The notes under the pieces are model-generated. The model did no database searches. It was not told where the DNA came from and saw only the letters and a program-made list of their open reading frames with translations. Shown one piece after another: positions 49,355 through 59,901 of a stretch of 64,000 nt of DNA. The position numbers and the translations under genes are program-made. Location of the stretch: NCBI RefSeq assembly GCF_044324875.1, contig NZ_CP172185.1. One strand, 5' to 3'. Every line of letters begins with the position of its first letter. Position 1 is the first letter of the stretch. The stretch is from Escherichia coli (GTDB taxonomy: Bacteria; Pseudomonadota; Gammaproteobacteria; Enterobacterales; Enterobacteriaceae).

Positions 49355-50211
49355 ATATCGCAATTGTGACAATAAATCAGGAGAATGCCGCAATAGCGAG
49401 CTGGCAGGCGGCGCAGGATTTCAGCGGTTGTACCCTGGCGCACTGGAAGATTGAACCTCAGCCCGCTGTGGCGGAACAGGTGCTGGATGCGCTGGTGGAA
49501 CAGTGGCAGCGAACGCCTGCGGACGTTGTTCTCTTTCCGCCGGGAACGTTTGGCGATGAACTGTCGACCCGGCTGGCCTGGCGTTTACATGGTGCAAGCA
49601 TCTGCCAGGTGACTTCGTTAGATATTCCAACCGTAAGCGTGCGCAAATCCCACTGGGGAAATGCGCTAACGGCGACGCTGCAAACAGAAAAACGCCCGCT
49701 ATGCCTTTCCCTGGCGCGTCAGGCGGGAGCAGCGAAAAACGCCACGTTGCCCTCTGGTATGCAGCAACTGAACATTGTCCCAGGTGCGCTTCCCGACTGG
49801 CTGGTTAGCATAGAGAATCTGAAAAATGTTAGCCGCGACCCATTAGCTGAAGCCAGACGGGTGCTGGTGGTGGGGCAGGGCGGAGAGGCAGATAACCAGG
49901 AAATCGCTATGCTGGCAGAAAAGCTGGGAGCCGAAGTGGGCTACAGTCGGGCACGAGTGATGAACGGTGGCGTTGATGCCGAAAAAGTGATTGGTATTTC
50001 TGGACATCTGCTGGCACCTGAGGTGTGTATTGTTGTTGGCGCTTCCGGCGCAGCAGCGTTAATGGCGGGCGTACGCAATAGCAAGTTTGTGGTGGCGATT
50101 AATCATGACGCCAGCGCGGCGGTATTTTCACAGGCAGATGTTGGCGTGGTTGATGACTGGAAAGCGGTGCTGGAGGCTCTGGTGACAAACATTCACGCAG
50201 ATTGCCAATAA
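49351..50211 (+). CDS. ygcQ: electron-transfer flavoprotein alpha-subunit-like YgcQ (FixB-like)
   Basis: 286-aa ORF starting MNIAIVTINQ; ATGA start/stop overlap with ygcR. Confidence 0.8.
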   Translation: MNIAIVTINQENAAIASWQAAQDFSGCTLAHWKIEPQPAVAEQVLDALVEQWQRTPADVVLFPPGTFGDELSTRLAWRLHGASICQVTSLDIPTVSVRKSHWGNALTATLQTEKRPLCLSLARQAGAAKNATLPSGMQQLNIVPGALPDWLVSIENLKNVSRDPLAEARRVLVVGQGGEADNQEIAMLAEKLGAEVGYSRARVMNGGVDAEKVIGISGHLLAPEVCIVVGASGAAALMAGVRNSKFVVAINHDASAAVFSQADVGVVDDWKAVLEALVTNIHADCQ

Positions 50212-50325
50212 CGTGCTGCCGGATGATCCTGCCTACGGTTCTGGGCTGGGGACTTGTAAGCCTGATAAGACGCGTCAAGCGTCGTATCAGGCGCTGAATG
50301 TCGGATGTGGCGTGCAGCCTACAAA
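50212..50325. repeat. BIME-like cluster of REP elements between convergent ygcQ and ygcP
   Basis: Canonical REP GCCTGATAAGACGCGTCAAGCGTCGTATCAGGC at 50260-50292, flanked by partial GCCGGATG...CCTAC units. Confidence 0.75.
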
Positions 50326-50357
50326 TCACACAAATTCAACTCGTTACGAGTATCCCG

Positions 50358-50933
50358 TCAAAGCAATTTTTTCGCTAACGTCCAGACCCCGGTATTCGTG
50401 GTGGAAAGCGCCACAACACCCGCGTTAATCGCATTACGCGCATCTTCTTCATCGCACACCAGCCCGCCGGCAATCAGCGGTTGGCGGATTTTCTCCGTCA
50501 CCCAGCCTAGCACTTTAGGCATACAGCCTGGCAGGATCTCAATACAATCCGGATTCGATTGCGCAACTTGCTTATCAATGTTGTGAAACGAAATCGAATC
50601 AACAATAAACAGGCGATGAATACAGAAAAAACCTTCCGCTCTTGCCGCTTTTAGCATCGATGCTTTCGTGCTGATAATGCCGTCCGCCTCGGTCACCAGT
50701 TTCAGAAACTGAATCACCACTTCTTTGTTCGATGCGCCTTCCAGCAAATCAACATGAATAAAGGCATATTTTCCGGCGTTTTTAATCTTTTTAACGATAT
50801 TACTGATGGTGCAGATATTGCCGTACAACACGGAAATAAACTGGCATTCAGAGTCGATTGCCAGTTGCAGGCTGGCATTATCTTTAACGGCAGCAATCAC
50901 CGGATTCTGGCGGAGCAGGTGTAAGAGGGGCAT
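50358..50933 (-). CDS. ygcP: GlpP-like glycerol-3-phosphate-responsive antiterminator family protein YgcP
   Basis: 191-aa ORF; synteny. Confidence 0.75.
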   Translation of the reverse strand: MPLLHLLRQNPVIAAVKDNASLQLAIDSECQFISVLYGNICTISNIVKKIKNAGKYAFIHVDLLEGASNKEVVIQFLKLVTEADGIISTKASMLKAARAEGFFCIHRLFIVDSISFHNIDKQVAQSNPDCIEILPGCMPKVLGWVTEKIRQPLIAGGLVCDEEDARNAINAGVVALSTTNTGVWTLAKKLL

Positions 50934-50949
50934 AAATTATCCTTATTAT

Positions 50950-51210
50950 TTATCCAAAGCGGTAGGTGATGCCGAATCCGGAAGGCGGATAGTGCCACTG
51001 TTGTAGCGTTTTTTCATCGCACAGCAAACGGCAGGTGCCGCACTCCAGACAATTACGATAATCAACGTGCAAATCACCCTCCGGTGTGAGCGAAAAAAGA
51101 CCAGCCGGACAAGCGTTAATCAACTGTTGTGCCGTCTGGCGCTCAACGGAGTCTGCCGGAACAATATGTGGCGCATCAGCAGCGCGCCAGAGATTACGGG
51201 CTACAGACAT
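50950..51210 (-). CDS. ygcO: ferredoxin-like protein YgcO (FixX-like)
   Basis: 86-aa form starting MSVARNLW with Cys cluster CLECGTCRLLC; ORF extends to 51246. Confidence 0.8.
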   Translation of the reverse strand: MSVARNLWRAADAPHIVPADSVERQTAQQLINACPAGLFSLTPEGDLHVDYRNCLECGTCRLLCDEKTLQQWHYPPSGFGITYRFG

Positions 51211-52472
51211 CGAATACTCCTGACAACATCGCCCGCCAGATGCCACAGGCCATGACGACGTAAATGACGCCAGAATAACTGGCGCAGCGGTGGAACAGGT
51301 TTATCACCCTGATCCCATAAATCACGGGAAATATCCTGCATTAACGCAGGCCACGCCCGATACCAGCCAGGGCGTTGCAAAAGCGCCGGAACATGCTGAT
51401 AACGCTGTAAAACATCCCACAGCAGGCTGCGCTCTACGTTGTGATGATAAAGCGGAAACAGATTTTGCGGCTCGCGGTGCTGGCAGGCGCTTATTAGCGT
51501 TTGTGCCGCCGCCTGCGCGCCAGTTAGCGCCATATCCATGCCGCGCACGGAAATTCCGGTATTGACGCAACTGCGCAACGCATCGCCCACCAGCAGTCAG
51601 CCGTTACCGGCGTATTGCATCGGCATACTGTGTAAGCCACCTTCTGGCACCAGATGCGCACCATACTCCAGTGATTCCGTGTTTTTGATAAGCGGGCGCA
51701 CTGCCGGATGCGTTTTAAAGCGAGCCAGCAGCTCGCTTGCCGGAACACGACTTTGCGTAAGGGAAGAGAGCGGGCAAACAATCCCTAACGAGAGCGTTTG
51801 TTGATTAGTATAAAGAAATGCGCCGCCGGGTAAGTCATCACAGATCCCGCCGCTGAACAGCAACGCTGCGCCTTCGTTATTCTCCAGATGAAAACGTTCT
51901 TCAATAGCGGATGTTTCCAGCGACAGCACTTCTTTGATCCCCAACGCCATCGCTTCGCCAGCAGGACGAGTCACTAACCCGTGACGTTCAGCCAGGACGC
52001 TGTTGGCACCTTCTGCCAGCACCACATAACGGGCGCGGAGAATATCGTCACCACAAATGACACCACACACCCTGCCGTTTTCTTCATACAGCGCATCCAC
52101 CGTCGCACCGGGGATGCATTCGACACCTTCTTTTTCGGCTTCGGCAACCAGCCACGGATCGAACCGTGCACGTAATACACTCCAGGATTCACCGCCGGGC
52201 TGTAAGCTGGAAAACGTCGTTGCGCCATCCGGCGTTAGCAGAGAAAGGCTTTCGTGAGTGATGCGTCGTTCAAGAGGCGCGGTCAGATGAAATTGCGGGA
52301 GGAGTTCCGCGAGCGCATGGGTGTATAAACGCCCGCCGGAAAGATTTTTGCTGCCGGGGATTTCAGCGCGTTCCAGTAACAGAACGGACAAACCTGCCCG
52401 CGCGCAGCGTAAAGCACAAGCGGTACCTGCTATACCCGCACCAATAATAATAATGTCGCAGTTGTCTTCCAT
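51201..52472 (-). pseudogene. ygcN: FixC-like FAD-dependent oxidoreductase YgcN interrupted by an in-frame TGA
   Basis: N-part MEDNCDIIIIGAGIAGTACAL... ends at TGA (51597-51599); the same frame continues LLVGDALRS... to 51201; combined length 423 codons. Confidence 0.7.
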
Positions 52473-52549
52473 GTCATGCCCCAGATATCCAGAACACAAC
52501 ACCCTAACATGGCGTTACTTAAGGGAAATTGACCGCCGACACACTCTTA

Positions 52550-52915
52550 TCATTCGCCGCGATAGATACAGCCTGCAGTACAGGTTTCTTTTACCATCAC
52601 CGCACTTAACAGCGGCACAACGGGTTTAACCTGATCCCAAATCCATTTTGCTAAAACTTCGCTGGTTGGGTTTTCCAGACCTGGAATATCATTGAGATAA
52701 TGGTGATCGAGGCGCTCATAAGTTGGCTTAAACGCCGCTTTCAGTTCAGCGAAATCGATAATCCAGCCCGTATGCGGATCGACCTCCCCGGTAATTTCCA
52801 GTCGCACCATAAAGGAATGCCCGTGCAGGCGACCACATTTATGCCCTTCCGGGACGTGTGGTAAGCGGTGAGCGGCTTCGAAGGTGAAATCTTTAAATAA
52901 CGTGGTGGACATCAT
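52550..52915 (-). CDS. queD: 6-carboxy-5,6,7,8-tetrahydropterin synthase QueD
   Basis: 121-aa form [35 protein letters not shown]; ORF extends upstream to 52999. Confidence 0.9.
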   Translation of the reverse strand: MMSTTLFKDFTFEAAHRLPHVPEGHKCGRLHGHSFMVRLEITGEVDPHTGWIIDFAELKAAFKPTYERLDHHYLNDIPGLENPTSEVLAKWIWDQVKPVVPLLSAVMVKETCTAGCIYRGE

Positions 52916-53230
52916 AATTTCTCTACAGGACGATAAAACCGCCGTAGAGTACCGGAAAGGCTGTTTTTTCGCATTATCTAAAACGACTTTGTTGCGCAAA
53001 ATCGCTGATTTATCTTATTGATGGGCAATATTCATTTGTTTTTCATTGGGTTGGTTAATCTATTTTGTTGTTAAAGACTATTGCTAAAACAGGTTAGTCG
53101 ATTTGGTTATTAGTTATCGCTATCCCGTCTTTAATCCACACCGTTCACCCCGTTAACCTTACCTTCTCTTCTGTTTTATGGGCGCTGACAGGGCGCAGAA
53201 ACAGCTTTGCTTACTGGAACATAACGACGC

Positions 53231-55030
53231 ATGACGACACAGGTCCCACCTTCCGCGTTGCTTCCGTTGAACCCGGAGCAACTGGCACGCCTTCAGGCGG
53301 CCACGACCGATTTAACTCCCACCCAGCTTGCCTGGGTTTCTGGCTATTTCTGGGGCGTGCTCAACCAGCAGCCAGCTGCGCTTGCAGCGACGCCAGCGCC
53401 CGCCGCAGAAATGCCGGATATAACTATTATCTCCGCTTCGCAAACCGGCAATGCGCGCCGGGTTGCTGAAGCATTACGCGATGATTTATTGGCGGCAAAA
53501 CTGAACGTTAAGCTGGTGAACGCGGGCGACTATAAATTCAAACAAATCGCCAGCGAAAAACTGCTTATCGTGGTGACGTCAACGCAAGGGGAAGGGGAAC
53601 CGCCGGAAGAAGCCGTCGCGCTGCATAAGTTCCTGTTCTCCAAAAAAGCGCCAAAGCTGGAAAACACTGCATTTGCCGTGTTTAGCCTCGGCGATAGCTC
53701 TTATGAATTTTTCTGCCAGTCCGGGAAAGATTTTGACAGCAAGCTGGCGGAACTGGGCGGTGAACGCCTGCTCGACCGTGTCGATGCCGACGTTGAATAC
53801 CAGGCTGCTGCCATCGAGTGGCGCGCCCGCGTGGTTGATATTCTGAAGTCCCGTGCGCCTGTCGCGGCACCTTCGCAATCCGTCGCTACTGGCGCGGTAA
53901 ATGAAATCCACACCAGCCCGTACAGCAAAGACGCGCCGCTGGTGGCGAGCCTCTCTGTTAACCAGAAAATTACCGGGCGTAACTCTGAAAAAGACGTTCG
54001 CCATATCGAAATTGACTTAGGTGACTCGGGCCTGCGTTACCAGCCGGGTGACGCGCTGGGCGTCTGGTATCAGAACGATCCGGCACTGGTGAAAGAACTT
54101 GTCGAACTGCTGTGGCTGAAAGGCGATGAAACTGTCACCGTTGACGGCAAAACGCTGACCCTGAGCGAAGCGCTCCAGTGGCACTTTGAACTCACCGTCA
54201 ACACCGCGAATATTGTTGAGAACTACGCCACGCTTACCCGCAGCGAAACGCTGCTGCCGCTGGTGGGCGATAAAGCGAAGTTACAGCATTACGCCGCGAC
54301 CACGCCGATTGTTGACATGGTGCGTTTCTCTCCGGCGCAACTGGATGCCGAAGCGCTGATTAACCTGTTGCGCCCGCTGACCCCGCGCCTGTATTCCATC
54401 GCCTCCTCGCAGGCGGAAGTCGAGAACGAAGTGCACGTTACCGTTGGTGTGGTGCGTTACGACGTGGAAGGCCGCGCCCGTGCCGGTGGTGCCTCCAGCT
54501 TCCTCGCGGATCGTGTGGAAGAAGAGGGTGAAGTCCGCGTCTTTATCGAACATAACGACAACTTCCGCCTGCCCGCTAACCCGGAAACCCCGGTGATCAT
54601 GATTGGCCCTGGCACCGGCATCGCGCCGTTCCGTGCCTTTATGCAGCAGCGTGCTGCCGACGAAGCGCCGGGTAAAAACTGGCTATTCTTTGGCAACCCA
54701 CACTTTACGGAAGATTTCCTCTACCAGGTGGAGTGGCAGCGCTACGTGAAAGAAGGCGTATTGAGCCGCATCGATCTTGCCTGGTCGCGCGACCAAAAAG
54801 AAAAAGTTTATGTACAAGACAAACTGCGCGAACAGGGCGCGGAGCTGTGGCGCTGGATCAATGACGGTGCCCACATTTATGTCTGCGGCGACGCTAATCG
54901 CATGGCGAAAGACGTTGAGCAGGCACTTCTGGAAGTGATTGCCGAATTTGGTGGCATGGACACCGAAGCGGCGGATGAATTTTTAAGTGAGCTGCGCGTA
55001 GAGCGCCGTTATCAGCGAGATGTCTACTAA
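53231..55030 (+). CDS. cysJ: sulfite reductase (NADPH) flavoprotein alpha subunit CysJ
   Basis: 599-aa ORF with flavodoxin and FNR-like domains. Confidence 0.95.
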   Translation: MTTQVPPSALLPLNPEQLARLQAATTDLTPTQLAWVSGYFWGVLNQQPAALAATPAPAAEMPDITIISASQTGNARRVAEALRDDLLAAKLNVKLVNAGDYKFKQIASEKLLIVVTSTQGEGEPPEEAVALHKFLFSKKAPKLENTAFAVFSLGDSSYEFFCQSGKDFDSKLAELGGERLLDRVDADVEYQAAAIEWRARVVDILKSRAPVAAPSQSVATGAVNEIHTSPYSKDAPLVASLSVNQKITGRNSEKDVRHIEIDLGDSGLRYQPGDALGVWYQNDPALVKELVELLWLKGDETVTVDGKTLTLSEALQWHFELTVNTANIVENYATLTRSETLLPLVGDKAKLQHYAATTPIVDMVRFSPAQLDAEALINLLRPLTPRLYSIASSQAEVENEVHVTVGVVRYDVEGRARAGGASSFLADRVEEEGEVRVFIEHNDNFRLPANPETPVIMIGPGTGIAPFRAFMQQRAADEAPGKNWLFFGNPHFTEDFLYQVEWQRYVKEGVLSRIDLAWSRDQKEKVYVQDKLREQGAELWRWINDGAHIYVCGDANRMAKDVEQALLEVIAEFGGMDTEAADEFLSELRVERRYQRDVY

Positions 55031-56742
55031 TGAGCGAAAAACATCCAGGGCCTTTAGTGGTCGAAGGAAAACTGACAGACGCCGAGCGCATGAAGCTTGA
55101 AAGCAACTACCTGCGCGGCACCATTGCGGAAGATTTAAACGACGGTCTGACCGGTGGTTTTAAGGGCGACAACTTCCTGCTGATCCGCTTCCACGGCATG
55201 TATCAGCAGGATGACCGCGACATCCGCGCTGAACGTGCTGAACAGAAGCTGGAGCCGCGTCATGCGATGCTGCTGCGCTGTCGTCTGCCGGGTGGGGTGA
55301 TTACCACCAAACAGTGGCAGGCGATCGATAAATTTGCCGGTGAAAACACCATTTATGGCAGCATTCGCCTGACCAACCGCCAGACGTTCCAGTTCCATGG
55401 CATTCTGAAAAAGAACGTCAAACCGGTGCACCAGATGCTGCACTCAGTCGGTCTTGATGCGCTGGCGACCGCCAACGACATGAACCGTAACGTACTCTGT
55501 ACCTCGAACCCTTACGAGTCGCAGCTGCACGCGGAATCCTATGAATGGGCGAAGAAAATATCTGAACATCTGCTGCCGCGTACCCGCGCGTATGCGGAGA
55601 TCTGGCTCGATCAGGAAAAAGTCGCCACCACCGATGAAGAACCGATCCTCGGTCAGACTTATTTGCCGCGTAAATTCAAAACCACGGTAGTGATCCCGCC
55701 GCAGAACGATATCGATCTGCACGCCAACGACATGAACTTCGTGGCGATCGCCGAAAACGGCAAGCTGGTGGGCTTTAACCTGCTGGTGGGCGGTGGGCTT
55801 TCCATCGAGCACGGCAACAAGAAAACCTACGCCCGCACGGCGAGTGAGTTTGGTTATCTGCCGCTGGAGCATACGCTGGCGGTGGCAGAAGCCGTCGTGA
55901 CGACTCAGCGCGACTGGGGTAACCGTACCGATCGTAAAAATGCCAAAACCAAATACACGCTGGAGCGCGTGGGGGTTGAGACGTTTAAAGCGGAAGTGGA
56001 GCGTCGCGCGGGGATCAAATTTGAACCGATCCGTCCGTATGAGTTTACCGGACGCGGCGATCGTATTGGTTGGGTTAAGGGCATTGATGATAACTGGCAC
56101 CTGACGCTGTTTATCGAAAATGGTCGCATCCTTGATTATCCGGGGCGTCCGCTGAAAACTGGCCTGCTGGAGATCGCGAAGATCCACAAAGGTGATTTCC
56201 GCATTACGGCGAACCAGAATCTGATCATCGCCGGTGTGCCGGAAAGCGAGAAAGCGAAGATCGAGAAGATCGCCAAAGAGAGCGGGTTAATGAATGCCGT
56301 CACGCCGCAGCGTGAAAACTCAATGGCCTGCGTGTCATTCCCGACTTGCCCGCTGGCGATGGCCGAAGCCGAGCGTTTCCTGCCGTCTTTTATCGACAAC
56401 ATCGATAATTTAATGGCGAAACATGGTGTCAGCGATGAGCATATCGTGATGCGTGTAACAGGCTGCCCGAACGGTTGTGGTCGCGCGATGCTGGCGGAAG
56501 TGGGCCTGGTGGGTAAAGCGCCGGGTCGCTACAACCTGCATCTTGGCGGCAACCGCATTGGGACACGTATCCCACGGATGTATAAAGAAAACATCACCGA
56601 GCCGGAAATCCTGGCGTCGCTTGATGAACTGATAGGGCGCTGGGCGAAAGAGCGCGAAGCGGGTGAAGGCTTCGGCGACTTTACGGTGCGTGCGGGCATC
56701 ATTCGCCCGGTGCTCGATCCGGCGCGCGATTTGTGGGATTAA
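55030..56742 (+). CDS. cysI: sulfite reductase hemoprotein beta subunit CysI
   Basis: 570-aa ORF; TAATG overlap with cysJ. Confidence 0.95.
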   Translation: MSEKHPGPLVVEGKLTDAERMKLESNYLRGTIAEDLNDGLTGGFKGDNFLLIRFHGMYQQDDRDIRAERAEQKLEPRHAMLLRCRLPGGVITTKQWQAIDKFAGENTIYGSIRLTNRQTFQFHGILKKNVKPVHQMLHSVGLDALATANDMNRNVLCTSNPYESQLHAESYEWAKKISEHLLPRTRAYAEIWLDQEKVATTDEEPILGQTYLPRKFKTTVVIPPQNDIDLHANDMNFVAIAENGKLVGFNLLVGGGLSIEHGNKKTYARTASEFGYLPLEHTLAVAEAVVTTQRDWGNRTDRKNAKTKYTLERVGVETFKAEVERRAGIKFEPIRPYEFTGRGDRIGWVKGIDDNWHLTLFIENGRILDYPGRPLKTGLLEIAKIHKGDFRITANQNLIIAGVPESEKAKIEKIAKESGLMNAVTPQRENSMACVSFPTCPLAMAEAERFLPSFIDNIDNLMAKHGVSDEHIVMRVTGCPNGCGRAMLAEVGLVGKAPGRYNLHLGGNRIGTRIPRMYKENITEPEILASLDELIGRWAKEREAGEGFGDFTVRAGIIRPVLDPARDLWD

Positions 56743-56762
56743 CCATCAGCCCGGTCTTGTAG

Positions 56763-56794
56763 GCCTGATAAGACGCGTGAGCGTCGCATCAGGC
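56763..56794. repeat. REP element between cysI and cysH
   Basis: GCCTGATAAGACGCGTGAGCGTCGCATCAGGC palindrome. Confidence 0.8.
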
Positions 56795-56815
56795 AAGGCA
56801 AACAGTGAGGAATCT

Positions 56816-57550
56816 ATGTCCAAACTCGATCTAAACGCCCTGAACGAACTGCCGAAGGTAGATCGCATTCTGGCGCTGGCAGAAACTAACGCCGAACTGG
56901 AAAAACTGGATGCTGAAGGCCGCGTTGCCTGGGCGCTGGATAATCTGCCCGGTGAATATGTACTTTCTTCCAGTTTCGGCATTCAGGCGGCGGTGAGCCT
57001 GCATCTGGTGAATCAGATTCACCCGGATATCCCGGTGATCCTGACCGATACGGGTTATCTGTTCCCGGAAACCTACCGCTTTATTGACGAGTTAACGGAC
57101 AAACTCAAGCTCAACCTGAAAGTGTACCGCGCTACCGAAAGCGCCGCCTGGCAGGAAGCGCGCTACGGCAAACTGTGGGAGCAGGGTGTTGAAGGCATTG
57201 AAAAGTACAATGACATCAACAAAGTCGAACCGATGAACCGGGCGCTGAAAGAACTGAATGCGCAAACGTGGTTTGCTGGCCTGCGCCGCGAACAATCCGG
57301 CAGTCGCGCCAATTTACCGGTGCTGGCAATTCAGCGTGGCGTATTTAAAGTGCTGCCGATTATCGACTGGGATAACCGAACGATATATCAGTATCTGCAA
57401 AAACATGGCCTGAAATATCATCCATTATGGGACGAAGGATATTTATCCGTCGGTGATACCCATACAACCCGTAAATGGGAACCCGGCATGGCGGAAGAAG
57501 AAACGCGTTTCTTTGGCTTAAAAAGGGAATGTGGGCTGCACGAAGGGTAA
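56816..57550 (+). CDS. cysH: phosphoadenosine phosphosulfate (PAPS) reductase CysH
   Basis: 244-aa form [23 protein letters not shown] with GAGGA RBS; ORF-track start at 56663 runs through the REP and is rejected. Confidence 0.95.
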   Translation: MSKLDLNALNELPKVDRILALAETNAELEKLDAEGRVAWALDNLPGEYVLSSSFGIQAAVSLHLVNQIHPDIPVILTDTGYLFPETYRFIDELTDKLKLNLKVYRATESAAWQEARYGKLWEQGVEGIEKYNDINKVEPMNRALKELNAQTWFAGLRREQSGSRANLPVLAIQRGVFKVLPIIDWDNRTIYQYLQKHGLKYHPLWDEGYLSVGDTHTTRKWEPGMAEEETRFFGLKRECGLHEG

Positions 57551-57815
57551 AATATCGTACCGCTTAATAAACGTCTCTGTCTGAAAAGATGGGGGCGTTT
57601 TTATTTTGCGAGCAGCATTCCTGATTTTAAACGTGAACGCCGCTGGAAGAATTATCAAGTATAGAATGGCGTTGGGTGCTTGAGGCTGTCTGGCGTTAAG
57701 CATTCGCGAGGTTCCAGATGGACAAAAGCCCCAGGCGATATTTCTATCAACCTGAGGCCAGCGTTCGAACCTAAGCAATTCGAATGTTAGTCTCTTCTTT
57801 GCAGGGAGGCAAGAC

Positions 57816-57968
57816 ATGCTGACAAAATATGCCCTTGTGGCAATCATCGTACTGTGTTGTACAGTACTGGGATTCACGCTGATGGTAGGCGACTCGTTGT
57901 GTGAGTTGAGTATCAGAGAACGTGGTATGGAGTTTAAGGCAGTTCTCGCTTACGAATCGAAGAAGTAG
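57816..57968 (+). CDS. Hok/Gef-family type I toxin (50 aa), possibly the hokX/sokX locus
   Basis: [50 protein letters not shown]: one TM helix, conserved LCE...AYES Hok signature, GGGAGG RBS 6 bp upstream, GC hairpin 57974-57995 after the stop; missing from the ORF track because it is under 60 aa. Confidence 0.7.
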   Translation: MLTKYALVAIIVLCCTVLGFTLMVGDSLCELSIRERGMEFKAVLAYESKK

Positions 57969-58319
57969 CCACCACGCGGGGGTAAAACCCCGCGTATTGA
58001 ATTGTGATGGTTTGGTCTCCTGCACCCTTTTTTAATTTATATTGTTTATGTGAATATTATGCCTATGTTTATTATTCATATATATTACGGATGAAAATTA
58101 TTTGATTATTCATAATGTGCAAAATGGCATCTGAATCGATCGCAGTTTGGCATTCGAATCGATCATGATTTGGCATCCATCTCCGATCACAGTTTGGCAT
58201 CACAATCGATCACGATTTGGCATGCTTCCGATCATTGATTGGCATCCTGCCAGTCACTCCGGGAATTAACTCTTTTCACCACAGTCTCCATTGCCGTGTT
58301 TAAACCAGTGGAGACGTCA

Positions 58320-59885
58320 ATGTCCAGAAAGAGAAAATCCAGGAGCACTATGGAAACCTGTTTTAAGATCCTTCAGCTCAAGTTCGACAAGAAGCTGACT
58401 AACCGTTGTATCGGACTGACGTTACACATCAGCGCCTCAACCGTTTTTGAGGTTCTTGCCCGCTTCAAAGCCTCTTCTCTGTCATGGCCATTACCTGCTG
58501 ATATATCCCATGACACGCTGGAGAAACTCATTTTTCCGCCCAAAGACACCTTTGCATCAGAGCTTGTAATGCCTGACATGTTGTACTTCGATACGGAAAT
58601 GAGAAAACCAGGTGTGACGCGGCAACTGTTGTGGATGGAATACAAGGCACAGGCGGGTAACAAAGCGATGGGATACTCGCACTTCTGCCGTTGCTACCGG
58701 GAGTGGAAAAAAACGCGACGTCTCTCCATGCGCCAGGAGCATCGTGCCGGCGAAAAGCTTTTTATCGACTTCTGTGGTCCTACGGTTCCTGTTATTAATC
58801 CGGACACCGGTGAGATACGCCGCGTGGCAATCTTCGTGGCCGTAATGGGGGCGTCCAACTATACCTACGTTGAAGCGTGCGAAGGTCAGGACATGATGTC
58901 ATGGTTAAATGCCCACAGCCGTTGCCTGACCTTCCTGGGCGGCGTACCGAAGCTGCTCATCCCCGATAACCTCAGAAGCGCAGTGAAAAAGGCCGATCGA
59001 TATGAGCCTGTCATCAACGACAGTTATCAGGCACTGGCTGAGCACTATGGCACGGTTATCATCCCGGCCCGACCACGCAAACCTAAAGATAAACCAAAAG
59101 CAGAAAACGGCGTCCTCATCGTTGAACGATGGCTTCTTGCCCGCATCCGTAATGAAACCTTCCACACGCTCAGGGCGCTGAATGCGCGCCTTAGGGAGTT
59201 ACTGACAGACATGAATAACCGGCCAATGAAGGGGTACGGCAATCAAACCCGTGCAGAACGCTTCCGCATACTGGATGCGCCAGCACTCTCTCCGCTGCCT
59301 CTGGCACCTTATGAATACACGGAATACAAAGCTGTGAAGGTTGGCCCTGACTACCACGTTGAATATGCCCGTCACTGGTACTCCGTTCCACACGAACTGG
59401 TCGGTCAGCGTCTGTCACTGAAGGCGGGGCAGTCGGTGGTACAGCTCTGGCACAAGGGGCAGTGTGTGGCGCAACATCCGCGCAGCACACATGAATATAA
59501 ACACACAACCAATCCGCTTCACATGCCAGAGCGCCACCGGCAGCACGGGACATGGACACCGGAACGCCTGATCGAGCAGGGAAAACGTACGGGCCCGTCC
59601 ACAGGCCGGGTGGTTGAATCCATGCTGAAGGCAAAACCCCATCCGGAACTGGCTTATCGTGCAGTTCTGGGGCTGCTGGCACTTCAGAAAAAATACGGCC
59701 CGGAACGGCTGGAAAAGGCCTGTTACGTTGCCCTGCACTATAACGCCCCTGACAGACGCTTTATCGACAATCTGCTGCGTCACCATCGGGAGAACCTGGA
59801 GCTTCCATTATCCCGCCAGGGCGAACAACATCCGGCATATGCTTCAGAGCATGAAAACCTGCGTGGTCCGGGCTACTACCACTGA
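58320..59885 (+). CDS. istA: IS21-family transposase IstA
   Basis: N-terminal HTH and DDE integrase core; start at MSRKRKSRS (58320) with GGAG RBS preferred over the ORF-track start 58239. Confidence 0.8.
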   Translation: MSRKRKSRSTMETCFKILQLKFDKKLTNRCIGLTLHISASTVFEVLARFKASSLSWPLPADISHDTLEKLIFPPKDTFASELVMPDMLYFDTEMRKPGVTRQLLWMEYKAQAGNKAMGYSHFCRCYREWKKTRRLSMRQEHRAGEKLFIDFCGPTVPVINPDTGEIRRVAIFVAVMGASNYTYVEACEGQDMMSWLNAHSRCLTFLGGVPKLLIPDNLRSAVKKADRYEPVINDSYQALAEHYGTVIIPARPRKPKDKPKAENGVLIVERWLLARIRNETFHTLRALNARLRELLTDMNNRPMKGYGNQTRAERFRILDAPALSPLPLAPYEYTEYKAVKVGPDYHVEYARHWYSVPHELVGQRLSLKAGQSVVQLWHKGQCVAQHPRSTHEYKHTTNPLHMPERHRQHGTWTPERLIEQGKRTGPSTGRVVESMLKAKPHPELAYRAVLGLLALQKKYGPERLEKACYVALHYNAPDRRFIDNLLRHHRENLELPLSRQGEQHPAYASEHENLRGPGYYH

Positions 59886-59901
59886 CAGAAGGAACAACAG
59901 T

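Noticed and set aside
51597-51599. Selenocysteine recoding of the ygcN TGA
   Set aside because: No SECIS-like hairpin is evident immediately downstream, and FixC-family oxidoreductases are not known selenoproteins; a nonsense mutation or leaky readthrough is more likely.
55444-56187. 247-aa minus-strand ORF antisense to cysI; similar antisense ORFs at 23183-23893, 24127-24816, 6906-7655, 32985-33587 and 63301-63906
   Set aside because: All are embedded opposite confidently identified genes (gudX, gudD, fucI, pyrG, cas3) with no independent coding evidence.
56663-56815. N-terminal extensions proposed by the ORF track for cysH (56663), queD (52999), istB (59659), ygcW (44782), ygcS (47188), fucK (5816), xni (12339) and ygcO (51246)
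   Set aside because: The extensions lack ribosome-binding sites, run through REP elements or overlap upstream genes, whereas internal starts have RBSs and give the protein lengths I recall for these families.
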